From a candidate division WOR-3 bacterium (lineage in GTDB: Bacteria > Hydrothermota > Tepidihabitantia > Tepidihabitantales > Tepidihabitantaceae), in contig CBFGJX010000001.1 of the NCBI GenBank assembly GCA_965649225.1, positions 134,857-198,856 of the forward strand: a DNA stretch of 64,000 nucleotides. The letters run 5' to 3'. The notes below the pieces were generated by a model. It did no database searches. It was not told where the DNA came from and worked only from the letters and a program-made list of their open reading frames with translations. Made by a program: the position numbers and the translations under genes. Every line of letters starts with the position of its first letter. Position 1 is the first letter of the stretch. This document shows positions 21,103-30,688 of the stretch, piece after piece.

Positions 21103-22352
21103 ACGACCGCCCTCGCCAGCGGCCTCCGGCTGCACGACGGTGCTCGTTCTGCGGTCAGGCCGGGAGCCCCGAACACCGCCTGGTTATCGGCCGACGTTCG
21201 GCCATCTGCGAAAACTGCACCAGAGCGGCTCATAACGCGTTCGCCTCAGCACGTACCGAACCGGCCCAGAGTCTTCCGGTCGAGCTGCCTAAGCCCGCCG
21301 AAATCAAGGCATTTCTCGATGGCTACGTGATTGGTCAGGAACGCGCAAAAAAGGTAGTGTCAGTTGCGGTCTACAACCACTACAAGCGTGTGCGAGCCCG
21401 TCACGACAACGTTGACCTCGGCAAGAGCAACATACTGCTGATCGGACCGACCGGGGTTGGCAAGACTCTGATCGCTGAAACACTTGCCCGTTTTTTGCAC
21501 GTCCCGTTTTCGATTTCCGACGCCACCCCGCTCACCGAAGCCGGTTACGTCGGCGAGGATGTGGAAAACGTTCTCCTGCATCTGCTGCAGGCGGCTGATT
21601 TTGACATCCGACGCGCCGAAACCGGTATCGTCTACCTCGATGAGGTGGACAAGATTGCCCGGCGCGCTGACTCGCCCTCAATTACCCGTGACGTCTCCGG
21701 CGAGGGTGTTCAGCAAGCGCTACTCAAGATACTTGAAGGTACGATTGCCAGCGTTCCGCCGGCAGGGGGGCGCAAACACCCTGAACAGCAGTACATCAGA
21801 CTCGACACCAGAGGCATTCTCTTCATATGCGGCGGCACCTTCGATGGTCTGGAACGAATAATCGAACGACGGGTGCGAGCTTCATCCATCGGTTTTCATT
21901 CTGACCCAACCTCCGGTTCGCCGCATTCCCTCGACGAACTGCTGCCATTGGTGGAACCCCAAGACCTGATTCGTTACGGGCTGATACCTGAGTTTGTTGG
22001 ACGGCTGCCCGTCACCGCCACCCTGCACAGCTTATCCAGTGAAGCACTTGTTGATATACTGGTACGACCGCGCAACGCTCTGGTGCGACAATACACCCAC
22101 TACTTCGAACTGGAAGGAGTGAAGCTTACCTTCACCCCTGAAGCCCTAAAGGTCGCGGCTGAGCTTGCCGCCGCCCGGAAGACTGGCGCCCGTGCACTGC
22201 GCACGATACTGGAAGACGCAATGCTCGACATTATGTTCGAGCTACCCTCGCTGACCGACGTTGCAGAAGTCATAATCACGCCGGCAGCCATTCGAAAAGA
22301 GCAGCCGCCCGAACTTGTGTCCGGACGGCTGGCCGTGAAAAAAGCCCTCTAG
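21099..22352 (+). CDS. clpX: ATP-dependent Clp protease ATP-binding subunit ClpX
   Basis: N-terminal C4 zinc finger (CSFCG...CENC) and Walker A GPTGVGKT. Confidence 0.95.
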   Translation: MNDRPRQRPPAARRCSFCGQAGSPEHRLVIGRRSAICENCTRAAHNAFASARTEPAQSLPVELPKPAEIKAFLDGYVIGQERAKKVVSVAVYNHYKRVRARHDNVDLGKSNILLIGPTGVGKTLIAETLARFLHVPFSISDATPLTEAGYVGEDVENVLLHLLQAADFDIRRAETGIVYLDEVDKIARRADSPSITRDVSGEGVQQALLKILEGTIASVPPAGGRKHPEQQYIRLDTRGILFICGGTFDGLERIIERRVRASSIGFHSDPTSGSPHSLDELLPLVEPQDLIRYGLIPEFVGRLPVTATLHSLSSEALVDILVRPRNALVRQYTHYFELEGVKLTFTPEALKVAAELAAARKTGARALRTILEDAMLDIMFELPSLTDVAEVIITPAAIRKEQPPELVSGRLAVKKAL

Positions 22353-22356
22353 GCCG

Positions 22357-23109
22357 CTACTCCTCCGGCTCGAACTGGTCTTTCGCAGCCCCACATACTG
22401 GGCAAACCCAGTCATCGGGAAGGTTCTCAAAAGGCGTCCCGGGTTTGACCCCAGAATCAGGATCACCAGCCGCCGGATCGTAAACATAACCACAGACGCT
22501 GCAGACGTATCGCTTCATGTCATTTCCTTTCTTTGGAACGACCTTCTCGGTCGCCTTACTCGCGGCATAGGTCGGCGAACCCTGTCCTGTCTTGCCACCC
22601 TTTACCTGTCGGTAGTGGCTGTAAGTCAAGGGAACGCCTTCTCGCAGCAGTTTACTTGCCACAACTACAGCCAGAAAGGTTGTGTGCGACCCGCAATCAA
22701 AACTTGTCAGGACCCGGGCTTCAAGGGTAGCCAGAGTATGCTCGGTCAGTAGTGGCACGCCGGTGACACCGTTTCGGAAACCGCCCTCAGCGAATTTGTC
22801 GTATTCACGGCCGCTGCGAAATCCAAAGCGACCAATAAACTGAAGTGGAGTATCCTGCTCCAAAACTGAGACTCCGAATGCCCCGCTGGCCGCGATCATG
22901 TCGTGCGTCAGACTCTTCTTGCTGATGCTGACAATCACCTGACACGGAACCTCGGCCACCTGGGTTACCGTGTTCACAATCAAGCCATTCCGGCGTTGCC
23001 CTTCACGGGCGGTAACAACATACAGCCCGTAGGTCAAGGTGAACAGCGCCTGAAGGTCGATCTGCTGCGGGTCAATCTCGCACTTCAAACCCTCCGGGTT
23101 CGTGTTCAT
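22357..23109 (-). CDS. hrb: High-molecular-weight rubredoxin (flavin reductase-like domain fused to C-terminal rubredoxin), Hrb-like
   Basis: Flavin-reductase split-barrel N-terminal domain. C-terminal [12 protein letters not shown]...[14 protein letters not shown] rubredoxin. ATGA overlap with fprA. Confidence 0.75.
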   Translation of the reverse strand: MNTNPEGLKCEIDPQQIDLQALFTLTYGLYVVTAREGQRRNGLIVNTVTQVAEVPCQVIVSISKKSLTHDMIAASGAFGVSVLEQDTPLQFIGRFGFRSGREYDKFAEGGFRNGVTGVPLLTEHTLATLEARVLTSFDCGSHTTFLAVVVASKLLREGVPLTYSHYRQVKGGKTGQGSPTYAASKATEKVVPKKGNDMKRYVCSVCGYVYDPAAGDPDSGVKPGTPFENLPDDWVCPVCGAAKDQFEPEE

Positions 23110-24311
23110 GCTGAAACCCGTTCACCAATCTTTCTGGCCACCGATTCACCCAGTGTCCGGCACTTTTCTAACTGATCCAAGTCAGGTTTGAAACGGACCT
23201 TAAGCCCCGGGGCTGCCAGCTCAATGCCGGCTGACTTCAGGTATTCTTCGATCTCATCTACTGACTCACCGCTCCAGCCGTAAGAACCAAAAGCCGCGCC
23301 GATCAGGTTTCTGGGCTTCAGGCCCCGAATATAGGTCAGCACGTCAGCCACGGTGGGAAACAACCCGTTGTTCAGCGTTGGCGAACCCACGATCAAAGCC
23401 CCGGCGCCAACCAGATCAGTAACCACGTCACTGCGATGAGCAGAGTGCATCGAGAGCAGTCGGACCTCGCAGTCAGCCCGTGCCACCCCTTCGGCAACCG
23501 CCCGTGCCATCAGCTCCGTACTCTGCCACATCGTATCGTAAACGATTACCACCTTGCGACCGGGCCGTTGTTCTGCCCACTTTGCGTACCACATCAAAGG
23601 GCGTTCAACCTCACGACGCCACACGGGTCCGTGATCCGGGGCCAGTATTCGAATCGGGATGCCAAGCGTGCGAATCCGCTCGAGCAACTTGCCCACCAGA
23701 TTGGAATAAGGCAGGAGGATATTAGCAAAGTACTTGCGGGCTTCATATTCCAACACGCCCGGTTCGTTTTCATCGGCGAAGAGCCTGCCGGTGGCGAAAT
23801 GCATCCCAAAGCCATCCTGGGAGAAGAGGACCTCCTCACCAGCCAGGTAACTGACCATCGAATCTGGCCAGTGAAGCATTCTCGTCTCAAGGAAACTAAG
23901 CTCCAGATTGCCGAGATTAAGCTTGTCACCGTCCTTGACCGCCGTGATGTCACAGGAATCATGGAACTGTGCGTGAAGATTCTTGACTCCAAGCGCCGAT
24001 GCGAAAACCTGTTCGGGTTTCAATCGCTCAATGACATCCGGCAGACAACCGGCGTGGTCTCGCTCGGCATGATTGGAGACAATATAGCGTATATCGCCCG
24101 GGTCCATCACCGACTCAATCCGCGCCATCATCTCCGACAAAAAGGGCGCTTTGACCGTATCAATGAGAGTCGGTTTTTCGGCTGTAATCAAATACGCATT
24201 GTAGGTCGTTCCCCGCTGCGTCGCATAGCCGTGGAAATCGGCCAGTGACCAGTCGACCGCACCGACCCACCAGACATGCTCGCTGACTTGCACTGCCCGG
24301 AAAGGACTCAT
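23106..24311 (-). CDS. fprA: Flavodiiron protein (FprA-type O2/NO reductase)
   Basis: Metallo-beta-lactamase-like domain (HVWWVG...H.E.DH) plus a C-terminal flavodoxin-like domain. Confidence 0.8.
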   Translation of the reverse strand: MSPFRAVQVSEHVWWVGAVDWSLADFHGYATQRGTTYNAYLITAEKPTLIDTVKAPFLSEMMARIESVMDPGDIRYIVSNHAERDHAGCLPDVIERLKPEQVFASALGVKNLHAQFHDSCDITAVKDGDKLNLGNLELSFLETRMLHWPDSMVSYLAGEEVLFSQDGFGMHFATGRLFADENEPGVLEYEARKYFANILLPYSNLVGKLLERIRTLGIPIRILAPDHGPVWRREVERPLMWYAKWAEQRPGRKVVIVYDTMWQSTELMARAVAEGVARADCEVRLLSMHSAHRSDVVTDLVGAGALIVGSPTLNNGLFPTVADVLTYIRGLKPRNLIGAAFGSYGWSGESVDEIEEYLKSAGIELAAPGLKVRFKPDLDQLEKCRTLGESVARKIGERVSA

Positions 24312-24327
24312 ATCGCCTGCCTCTGCA

Positions 24328-24870
24328 TCAGGCCCCGGCAGCACCCTGGGCATAGAAAGTCGCCAGTTCCGGCGCTAAGGTGAAAACACGTGTCCCCAGT
24401 TCGTTATCCAGCATCAGCAGCCCCCGGCCATCACCGGCAACCAAGCGCAGTTTCTGGACTATGCCGAGCGCCGTCTCCTCTTCCTCTACCTGTTCATCGA
24501 CAAACCACTGCAACAGACTGCCCGACGCGAAATCATTCTCATCCCGAGCCAGTCTTGCCAGTTTGTCGATACAGCCGGTAATGAACTGCTCGTGCTTGTA
24601 TGCCGCTTCAAAGGCGGCCAGCGGCGAATCCCATCGTGCCGGGGGTTCGGCAAGACCAAACAGCCTGACCTGCCCGCCGCGATCCCGGATATGCTTCAGA
24701 AACCGGACCGCGTGGCTAATTTCCTCCTGGGTCTGGGCCCGCATCCAGCGGGCCATGCCATTCAGCCCCTCGTTGTCAAACCAGGCCGACATGGCCAGGT
24801 AAAGATAGGCTGAATCGAGCTCGTGTTTGATCTGCTGATTGAAAGCGGTCTCGATTGATTGGGATATCAT
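24328..24870 (-). CDS. ftn: Ferritin (non-heme, Ftn family)
   Basis: Ferritin-like diiron helices (E...EExxH...E). Confidence 0.8.
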   Translation of the reverse strand: MISQSIETAFNQQIKHELDSAYLYLAMSAWFDNEGLNGMARWMRAQTQEEISHAVRFLKHIRDRGGQVRLFGLAEPPARWDSPLAAFEAAYKHEQFITGCIDKLARLARDENDFASGSLLQWFVDEQVEEEETALGIVQKLRLVAGDGRGLLMLDNELGTRVFTLAPELATFYAQGAAGA

Positions 24871-24872
24871 TG

Positions 24873-25250
24873 CTATTCACCTTTCCAGAGCCCATGGATG
24901 TTGCAGTACTCACGCGCCCACACCTTCTCGGCAGCGACGCTGAACACGGCCTCGGGGGATTGGCCGGGGCTCAAGAAACTGCGATAAACCCGCCCGTCGG
25001 CGACCAGCTCAATCCATTCAATGTAATGTTTCTCTTCCATGGGATGTGCGACTGAACCAACCTTGACGCGAAATCCGTCGGCCGTTCTTTCAATCACCGG
25101 CACGTGCTTTTCCTTCGCCGCATCGGTAGTATTCTCGACCAGCAGCTTCATCGGCTTCCCACAGCACACCAGCTGGCCGGCACCGCCGTGAAGAACTTCA
25201 ACAATATTACCGCAGACATCGCACTTATAGACTTCCATTCTTTTAGCCAT
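24873..25250 (-). CDS. dfx: Desulfoferrodoxin (2Fe superoxide reductase)
   Basis: N-terminal desulforedoxin CDVCGN...VCCG plus a SOR domain with His/Cys ligands. Confidence 0.85.
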   Translation of the reverse strand: MAKRMEVYKCDVCGNIVEVLHGGAGQLVCCGKPMKLLVENTTDAAKEKHVPVIERTADGFRVKVGSVAHPMEEKHYIEWIELVADGRVYRSFLSPGQSPEAVFSVAAEKVWAREYCNIHGLWKGE

Positions 25251-25262
25251 CGTCGAACCTCC

Positions 25263-25619
25263 TTACTGATTTCCAATCAGCCTTGGATCGGCTCCAACCA
25301 TGCCACATTCCGGGATGTAGCAGGTTACATCAACAAAAGGGCACTTTTGCGCACAGGCTGGGCATCGATCAGGGGGTGCAGCTGCCTCAAGCACATAGTT
25401 ACAATTGCTGCACTTCCAAAAGTGCTGCTCGGACCTGTCCCTGACCCGAGTTAGATCCTTGTCCCGCTGAACACCGCCTTTAGAAACGGCGCCAGTCTGC
25501 TCCGTACCGGCAGCAATCATTGGCCGACCGCAGCAAACAAGCCGGCCGTTACCCCGGTGCACTACTGCGATCATCTGGCCACAGTCGGCACAAGAGAAAA
25601 CCTGCTGAACCGCTGTCAT
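25263..25619 (-). CDS. Small metalloprotein: N-terminal desulforedoxin-like domain fused to C-terminal rubrerythrin-type rubredoxin-like domain
   Basis: [12 protein letters not shown]...LVCCG matches the Dx motif. C-terminal [11 protein letters not shown]...CPACAQ resembles the Rbr C-terminal Rd domain. Internal ATG chosen. Confidence 0.55.
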   Translation of the reverse strand: MTAVQQVFSCADCGQMIAVVHRGNGRLVCCGRPMIAAGTEQTGAVSKGGVQRDKDLTRVRDRSEQHFWKCSNCNYVLEAAAPPDRCPACAQKCPFVDVTCYIPECGMVGADPRLIGNQ

Positions 25620-25668
25620 CGACTTTCCTTTCCGTCGCTGCTGAAGCCTTGCTGCAACTACAGCGCCC

Positions 25669-26181
25669 TCATCCTGCTGACTGCGACTGTGCAGCCAGTA
25701 TCGCGGCAACCGCCTTCAGGGCTGACTCATAATCGGGCTCTTCACCCAGTTCTCTGACGAGCTGTACGTACCTGATGATCCCCGGGCGGTCAATCACAAA
25801 AACGGAGCGGGCCAAGAGCCGCAGTTCCTCAATCAAAACGCCATAGGCAACGCCGAAGGCGGCATCGCGATGATCGGACGCCGTAATGACCCTGTCGATG
25901 CCGTTGGCACCGCACCAGCGTTTCTGGGCAAATGGCAAATCCATGGACACGGTCAGAACGACCAGCTCATCGCTCAGGCGTGCAGCTTCGGCGTTGAACC
26001 GCCGCGTTTCGATGTCGCAAATCTCGGTATCCAGAGACGGAACCGCCAGCAACACCACTGGCCGCCCACGAAAGTCACTGAGCCGAACCGGCTTCAGGTC
26101 ATTGCCAATCAGAGTGAAATCAGGCGCAACATCGCCAGCCTTAAGTTCCGGGCCGAGCAACGTAACCGGCTTCCCGCCCAT
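25669..26181 (-). CDS. tpx: Thiol peroxidase (Tpx, atypical 2-Cys peroxiredoxin)
   Basis: [15 protein letters not shown] motif. Confidence 0.85.
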   Translation of the reverse strand: MGGKPVTLLGPELKAGDVAPDFTLIGNDLKPVRLSDFRGRPVVLLAVPSLDTEICDIETRRFNAEAARLSDELVVLTVSMDLPFAQKRWCGANGIDRVITASDHRDAAFGVAYGVLIEELRLLARSVFVIDRPGIIRYVQLVRELGEEPDYESALKAVAAILAAQSQSAG

Positions 26182-26238
26182 GGTCACAATCCCGGGGCGA
26201 CGGTTGTAGGCCGGGCCAGTCGGCATCACTTCTCTACC

Positions 26239-26811
26239 CTACCAGTTCTCGCCCAGCAGCTCAAAGAAGGCCTGTGGGTGTTTGCAGGCCGGGCAAACTT
26301 CGGGCGCCGAGTTGCCTTCGTGCAGGTAACCGCAGTTCAGGCAACGCCAGACCTTTTTCTCATTCCGCCGGAACACTTGTCCAGTCTCAATGTTTTTGGC
26401 AAAGGCGTTATACCGTCTTTCGTGCTGTTTCTCGGCAACCGCGATAGCCCGAAACGCCTGCGCGACCTCCGCAAAACCTTCCTGCTCAGCCACCTTGGCG
26501 AAATCAGGATACATCGTCCCCCATTCGTAGAGCTCTCCGGCTGCAGCAGCCTTCAGATTCTCAAGCGTCGTTCCGATCTTACCGGCTGGAAAGACGCCGG
26601 AAATCTCAACCTCCCCGCCTTCGAGGAACTTGAAAAAACGTTTGGCATGTTCGCGTTCCTGGTTGGCGGTTTCCTCAAATATCAGTGCGATCTGAACATA
26701 CCCTTCCTTACGGGCCTGGGAAGCGAAGTAGGTATAACGGTTCCTTGCCTGTGACTCGCCAGCGAACGCAGTCAGAAGATTCTTTTCGGTCTTGGTACCT
26801 TTCAGACTCAT
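26239..26811 (-). CDS. rbr: Rubrerythrin
   Basis: Diiron ExxH helices plus C-terminal CLNCGY...CPAC rubredoxin-like domain; AAGGAGG SD. Confidence 0.9.
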   Translation of the reverse strand: MSLKGTKTEKNLLTAFAGESQARNRYTYFASQARKEGYVQIALIFEETANQEREHAKRFFKFLEGGEVEISGVFPAGKIGTTLENLKAAAAGELYEWGTMYPDFAKVAEQEGFAEVAQAFRAIAVAEKQHERRYNAFAKNIETGQVFRRNEKKVWRCLNCGYLHEGNSAPEVCPACKHPQAFFELLGENW

Positions 26812-26922
26812 CTAACCTCCTTGGACAAGGCAGTCTGTTGGATTTCTTGGGACCAATGGCAGTAGCCCATCATCACATTAGACCAGCTGCTTTGACGGCT
26901 GTTTCACAGAAAAACGGCACAA

Positions 26923-27274
26923 TGGAGGCGGCGGGAATCGAACCCGCGTCCGGAGCGTTCAGAACCCGGGGTCTACACAGTTATCCGGTCTACCTTTCTC
27001 GCGACCGGGGTTGCCGGCCAGCAGGCGCCCGATCGCCAGCTCCGGCTGATTTCTCGGACCCGAGCGCCGGAGCAGAATCTCGGGTCCATATCGCCCTTTT
27101 ATAACCCGCTTTCGTGCCGGGCGCAGTCACGAGGCAGGTGACCACCTATGTTAGGCAGCCAGTGCGTAGCTGTTGTTGGCAGCTGTAGTTCCCGCATCAT
27201 TGATAACGAGGCGACGTGGGAACCCCGCTGTGCACCCGAGCTCCTCAGACACCCCGTCGAAACCGTTCGCCCCC
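26923..27274 (-). ncRNA. ssrA: tmRNA (SsrA)
   Basis: 5' GGGGGCGAACGGTTTCGACGGGG and 3' GGTTCGATTCCCGCCGCCTCCA tRNA-like halves. Internal tag reading frame ...AANNSYALAA-stop. Confidence 0.85.
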
Positions 27275-27439
27275 GACGGACTGGTCAAAGAAGCATCAGA
27301 CTGAGAAAACTCCAGATTGTCAACCTGATTGTAACCTTGCGTCACCGCAAAGTCAACACACCCAGCCGCCCGTATCAGTCGCAACAGTCACACCTCCCGT
27401 TGCCGCTCCGCAGGTGAGTTCACCGCATTTCCGAACGGA

Positions 27440-27467
27440 TTGACTGTCACAAGTGTCAGGCTACACT
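27440..27467 (+). promoter_or_regulatory. Putative sigma70-type promoter upstream of nifS
   Basis: TTGACT-N16-TACACT with partial dyad symmetry in the spacer. Confidence 0.4.
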
Positions 27468-27503
27468 CTGGCAAGAATCCCTGACCGGCCTTGGAAGGTC
27501 TCA

Positions 27504-28745
27504 ATGCAGGTGAATACGATCATCAATTTCGACCATGCCGCTGCCGCTCCGCTCTTGCCGGAGGCTAAACAGGCAATGCTGGAAGCTGCTGAATCATTCG
27601 GCAACCCTTCCAGTCTGCATCAACTTGGCTCAGCCCCCCGGCAGAAACTTGAAGAGGCACGAGCACAGGTTGCCGCACTGATCAACGCCCCGCAGGACCA
27701 GATCGTATTCACGGCATCGGGGTCGGAAGCAAACAATCTGGCGGTCAAAGGCTTTGCCCTGTCCCCGGCAAGGAAAGGCAAACACCTGGTCGTCTCGGCG
27801 ATCGAGCACGTGTCAATCCTGGAACCCGCCCGTTCGCTGCGAAAACTGGGCTTTGAAATAACTGAGGTCGGCGTCGACAGCGACGGAACCGTTTCTCCTG
27901 ACCGGCTCGAGCAATCGTTGCGCCCGGACACAATCCTGGTGGCTGTAATGCATGCCAACTACGAAGTCGGCACGATGCAGAACATCGCTGCCCTGGCCGC
28001 AGTTGCCCGCAAACACGGTATACCCTTCCATGCCGATGGTTGCGCAGCGGTCGGTCGGGTACCCGTAGACGTCACGGCGCTGGGCGTTGATTCGTATTCA
28101 TTCGCCGCCCAGTCGGTCTACGGCCCGCGCGGTGCTGCCGCACTCTACCTGCGCCCGGGCGTGCGAATCCAGCCACTGATAGAAGGCGGAGGCCAGGAGC
28201 GCGGACGAAGAGCGGGCACAGAGGATGTTGCCGCAATCGCCGGTTTTGGTGCGGCTGCCGCAGTTGCTGCCCGCGAAGTCAATCGCTGGAGCAGCAGCAT
28301 GGAACGGCTCGCGCAGAGAATCCGAACCGAGTTGCCCAAAAGACTGGAGCGACTGGTGTTCACCGGTTCGCCGGACCGGCGGATTCCCGGTCACGTTTCC
28401 GTCTGCGTCGAGTTCGTGGAAGGCGAAGCGATGCTGCTGCTGCTCGATGCCGAAAACATTGCGGCCGCATCGGGCTCCTCCTGTACCGCCCGAACATTGA
28501 AGGCATCACACGTGCTGCTGGCGATGGGACTGCCCCACGCGCTGGCACAGTCTTCGCTGGTACTGACACTGGGTTACGACAACTCGGACAGCGACGTTGA
28601 CCTGCTGCTCGACCGACTGCCACCACTGGTCAACCGCCTGCGGGCAATGTCGCCGCTCTACGCCCGATTCATCAAAGGCGAAGACCCTTATGCCTCATCC
28701 TCCGGCGAACTCTGCTCGCACGACGATCACAAGGAGGCGGACTGA
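27504..28745 (+). CDS. nifS: Cysteine desulfurase (NifS/IscS family)
   Basis: Class V aminotransferase with PLP-Lys context and catalytic Cys loop (SGSSCTA). Confidence 0.85.
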   Translation: MQVNTIINFDHAAAAPLLPEAKQAMLEAAESFGNPSSLHQLGSAPRQKLEEARAQVAALINAPQDQIVFTASGSEANNLAVKGFALSPARKGKHLVVSAIEHVSILEPARSLRKLGFEITEVGVDSDGTVSPDRLEQSLRPDTILVAVMHANYEVGTMQNIAALAAVARKHGIPFHADGCAAVGRVPVDVTALGVDSYSFAAQSVYGPRGAAALYLRPGVRIQPLIEGGGQERGRRAGTEDVAAIAGFGAAAAVAAREVNRWSSSMERLAQRIRTELPKRLERLVFTGSPDRRIPGHVSVCVEFVEGEAMLLLLDAENIAAASGSSCTARTLKASHVLLAMGLPHALAQSSLVLTLGYDNSDSDVDLLLDRLPPLVNRLRAMSPLYARFIKGEDPYASSSGELCSHDDHKEAD

Positions 28746-29125
28746 TGTATTCGGAAAAAGTGATGGACCATTTCCGTAATCCCCGCAATGTCGGCGAGAT
28801 TGAAAACCCCGACGGCGTCGGGGAAGTAGGCAACCCCGTCTGCGGCGATATGATGACGTTCTACATCAAGGTCAAGGACGACCGACTCGTTGACGTGAAG
28901 TTCAAGACCTTTGGCTGTGGGGCCGCAATCGCAGTTTCGTCGATGGTCAGTGAAATGGCTATCGGCAAGACTCTCGATGAAGCGATGGCAATAACCAACG
29001 ATGATGTCGCCCGCGAGCTGGGGGGGCTGCCGCCCAACAAACTCCACTGCTCCAATCTTGGTGCAGACGCGCTGCATCGGGCGATCGAAGCGTATCGCGC
29101 CGCCAAACAAAGGAAGACACCATGA
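28745..29125 (+). CDS. nifU: Fe-S cluster scaffold NifU/IscU
   Basis: NPVCGDMM...FGCGAAIA...HCSNLG, three conserved Cys. Confidence 0.9.
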   Translation: MYSEKVMDHFRNPRNVGEIENPDGVGEVGNPVCGDMMTFYIKVKDDRLVDVKFKTFGCGAAIAVSSMVSEMAIGKTLDEAMAITNDDVARELGGLPPNKLHCSNLGADALHRAIEAYRAAKQRKTP

Positions 29126-29316
29126 CCCGCGACGCCGACAAACAATGTCATTGTCCGTACTGTGACCACCCCGCCGATACCCAGACGCCGTTCTGTCAGC
29201 CGTGTTCTGTAACGATTGACACCTGCCCTGTCTGCGGTGCGGCGCTCGAGAAGAAAAGCCAGGTCTGCCCTAACTGCAACAGTGGGCAGAATAACCAAAC
29301 CGGGAGGAATCGTTGA
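29122..29316 (+). CDS. Small Cys-rich double zinc-ribbon protein (hypothetical)
   Basis: 64 aa, 11 Cys in CxC/CxxC pairs, translationally coupled on both sides (ATGA / TTGA overlaps). Confidence 0.4.
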   Translation: MTRDADKQCHCPYCDHPADTQTPFCQPCSVTIDTCPVCGAALEKKSQVCPNCNSGQNNQTGRNR

Positions 29317-29597
29317 TCAACCCTGTTCACGTCCCTGGTAGCAACAACAAACACAAGGTGTTTGTTTACGCCCTTTCTACCTGCGGCTGGTGCCGGAAGG
29401 CCAAAGAGATGCTTGAACAACACGGCATCGAGTACGACTACGTATTTGTTGACCAGCTCACCGGTGATGAACGTAACGAAGCAATGGACACTCTGCGGTC
29501 GCTTAACCCGCGTTCCTCTTTTCCGACCATAAAGATCGACTCCAATGTGGTAATCGGATTCGACGAAGAACGGCTTGCCGAACTGCTGGAGGTGTAG
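29313..29597 (+). CDS. Glutaredoxin-like thioredoxin-fold protein (CGWC active site)
   Basis: VFVYALSTCGWCRKAKEML... typical Grx/NrdH-like fold. Confidence 0.6.
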   Translation: MINPVHVPGSNNKHKVFVYALSTCGWCRKAKEMLEQHGIEYDYVFVDQLTGDERNEAMDTLRSLNPRSSFPTIKIDSNVVIGFDEERLAELLEV

Positions 29598-30120
29598 ACT
29601 GGCCCGTGAATTCGCGCCCGAGGTTGTAGCGGCATACGAAAGGCTCAAGCGGGAGGCGGAATCGGGCGGGTACCGGCTCAATCCCGACCGGGAATTCACC
29701 CTTGGGCTGGTCGAAGCCCTGCTCACCAACGAAAAGCGATACGGCTACTGGATGTGCCCCTGCCGGCTGGCTTTCGGCGACAAGAACAAGGACCTCGATT
29801 TGATTTGTCCCTGTGACTACCGCGACGCCGACCTGGAGGAATACGGAACCTGCTACTGTTCCCTGTATGTCACAGACGACTGGATCGAAGGCCGAAAACC
29901 GCACGGTTCGATACCGGAACGCCGCCCCGACAAGTATGCCCGCGAAGGTTACAGCCAGCCTGTCAACCCGCCGCCCGTAACAGACCAGGGGCATATGCCA
30001 ACGCTGCGCTACCCGGTATGGCGATGCAAAGTCTGTGGCTACATCTGTGCCCGGGAGTCGCCACCAGGCATCTGCCCAATCTGCAAGGCAAAACAGGACC
30101 GCTTCGAACGTTTTTTGTGA
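29575..30120 (+). CDS. Ferredoxin:thioredoxin reductase catalytic-subunit-like domain fused to C-terminal rubredoxin (FDR-like)
   Basis: CPCR...CPC...CYC motif set of the FTR catalytic chain. C-terminal WRCKVCGYIC...CPICKAKQDRFE rubredoxin. Confidence 0.7.
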   Translation: MPNCWRCRLAREFAPEVVAAYERLKREAESGGYRLNPDREFTLGLVEALLTNEKRYGYWMCPCRLAFGDKNKDLDLICPCDYRDADLEEYGTCYCSLYVTDDWIEGRKPHGSIPERRPDKYAREGYSQPVNPPPVTDQGHMPTLRYPVWRCKVCGYICARESPPGICPICKAKQDRFERFL

Positions 30121-30121
30121 C

Positions 30122-30442
30122 ATGCCAATAGCTGAAGTCAGCGTCGTTCCGGTTGGAACCGGCTCGGCAAGTATCAGCCGTTTCGTACGTGCTGCGCTGG
30201 AAGTCGTACGGTCGTCCGGGCTTGAATACGAACTCGGGCCGATGGGTACGTGTCTCCAGGGTGACTGGGCCCCTCTGTTTGAAACAATCCGGAAGATTCA
30301 CGACACCCTGGCGGCGATGGGTTGCACCAGAATCGTCACCACAATCAAGATTGACGACCGGCGGGATCGCGGCCAGTCAATGCACGAAAAGGTTTCCCGA
30401 GTGCTCAACCGCCCAGGGCAACCCGACCAAATTGGGGCTTGA
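30122..30442 (+). CDS. YkoF/MTH1187 family (DUF77) small protein
   Basis: MPIAEVSVVPVGTGSASIS...GLEYELGPMGTCLQGDW.... Confidence 0.7.
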   Translation: MPIAEVSVVPVGTGSASISRFVRAALEVVRSSGLEYELGPMGTCLQGDWAPLFETIRKIHDTLAAMGCTRIVTTIKIDDRRDRGQSMHEKVSRVLNRPGQPDQIGA

Positions 30443-30467
30443 CAATCGGCATGGCGTTCACCATAAT
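30439..30467 (+). promoter_or_regulatory. Putative strong sigma70-type promoter
   Basis: TTGACA-N17-CATAAT, followed by about 200 nt with no ORF. Confidence 0.5.
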
Positions 30468-30688
30468 CGCTGCGGGGAGGCAGGGCATGAGCTGAACTGG
30501 ACGCCTGCCTCAAAATCTGGAAAGTGGATGACGCGCGACGAAAGCTGCGAAGGTGGCGTTGTTGTAACGGGGTCAACGACGGACACAACCGGTCGATGAA
30601 CCCTGGGTGGCTTGGACACAGCGCCGGAGAATGAATGTCAGGATAGCGACTAACGCGCGGTCAACCGGACCGCGGGGTGGAGGCCGGA

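Noticed and set aside
26812-26922. Possible PerR/Fur-type operator in the rubrerythrin promoter region
   Set aside because: I could not find a convincing palindrome by eye. Only the SD (AAGGAGG) and a weak -10 were seen, so it is left unannotated.
30468-30688. Assignment of the leader region to a named RNA family (6S, SRP, RNase P, cobalamin/SAM riboswitch)
   Set aside because: None of the family-defining conserved boxes (e.g. GGAAGCAGCC for SRP, AGGAAAGTCCGGGCTCC for RNase P, B12 box) are present. It is reported only as an unclassified structured leader.
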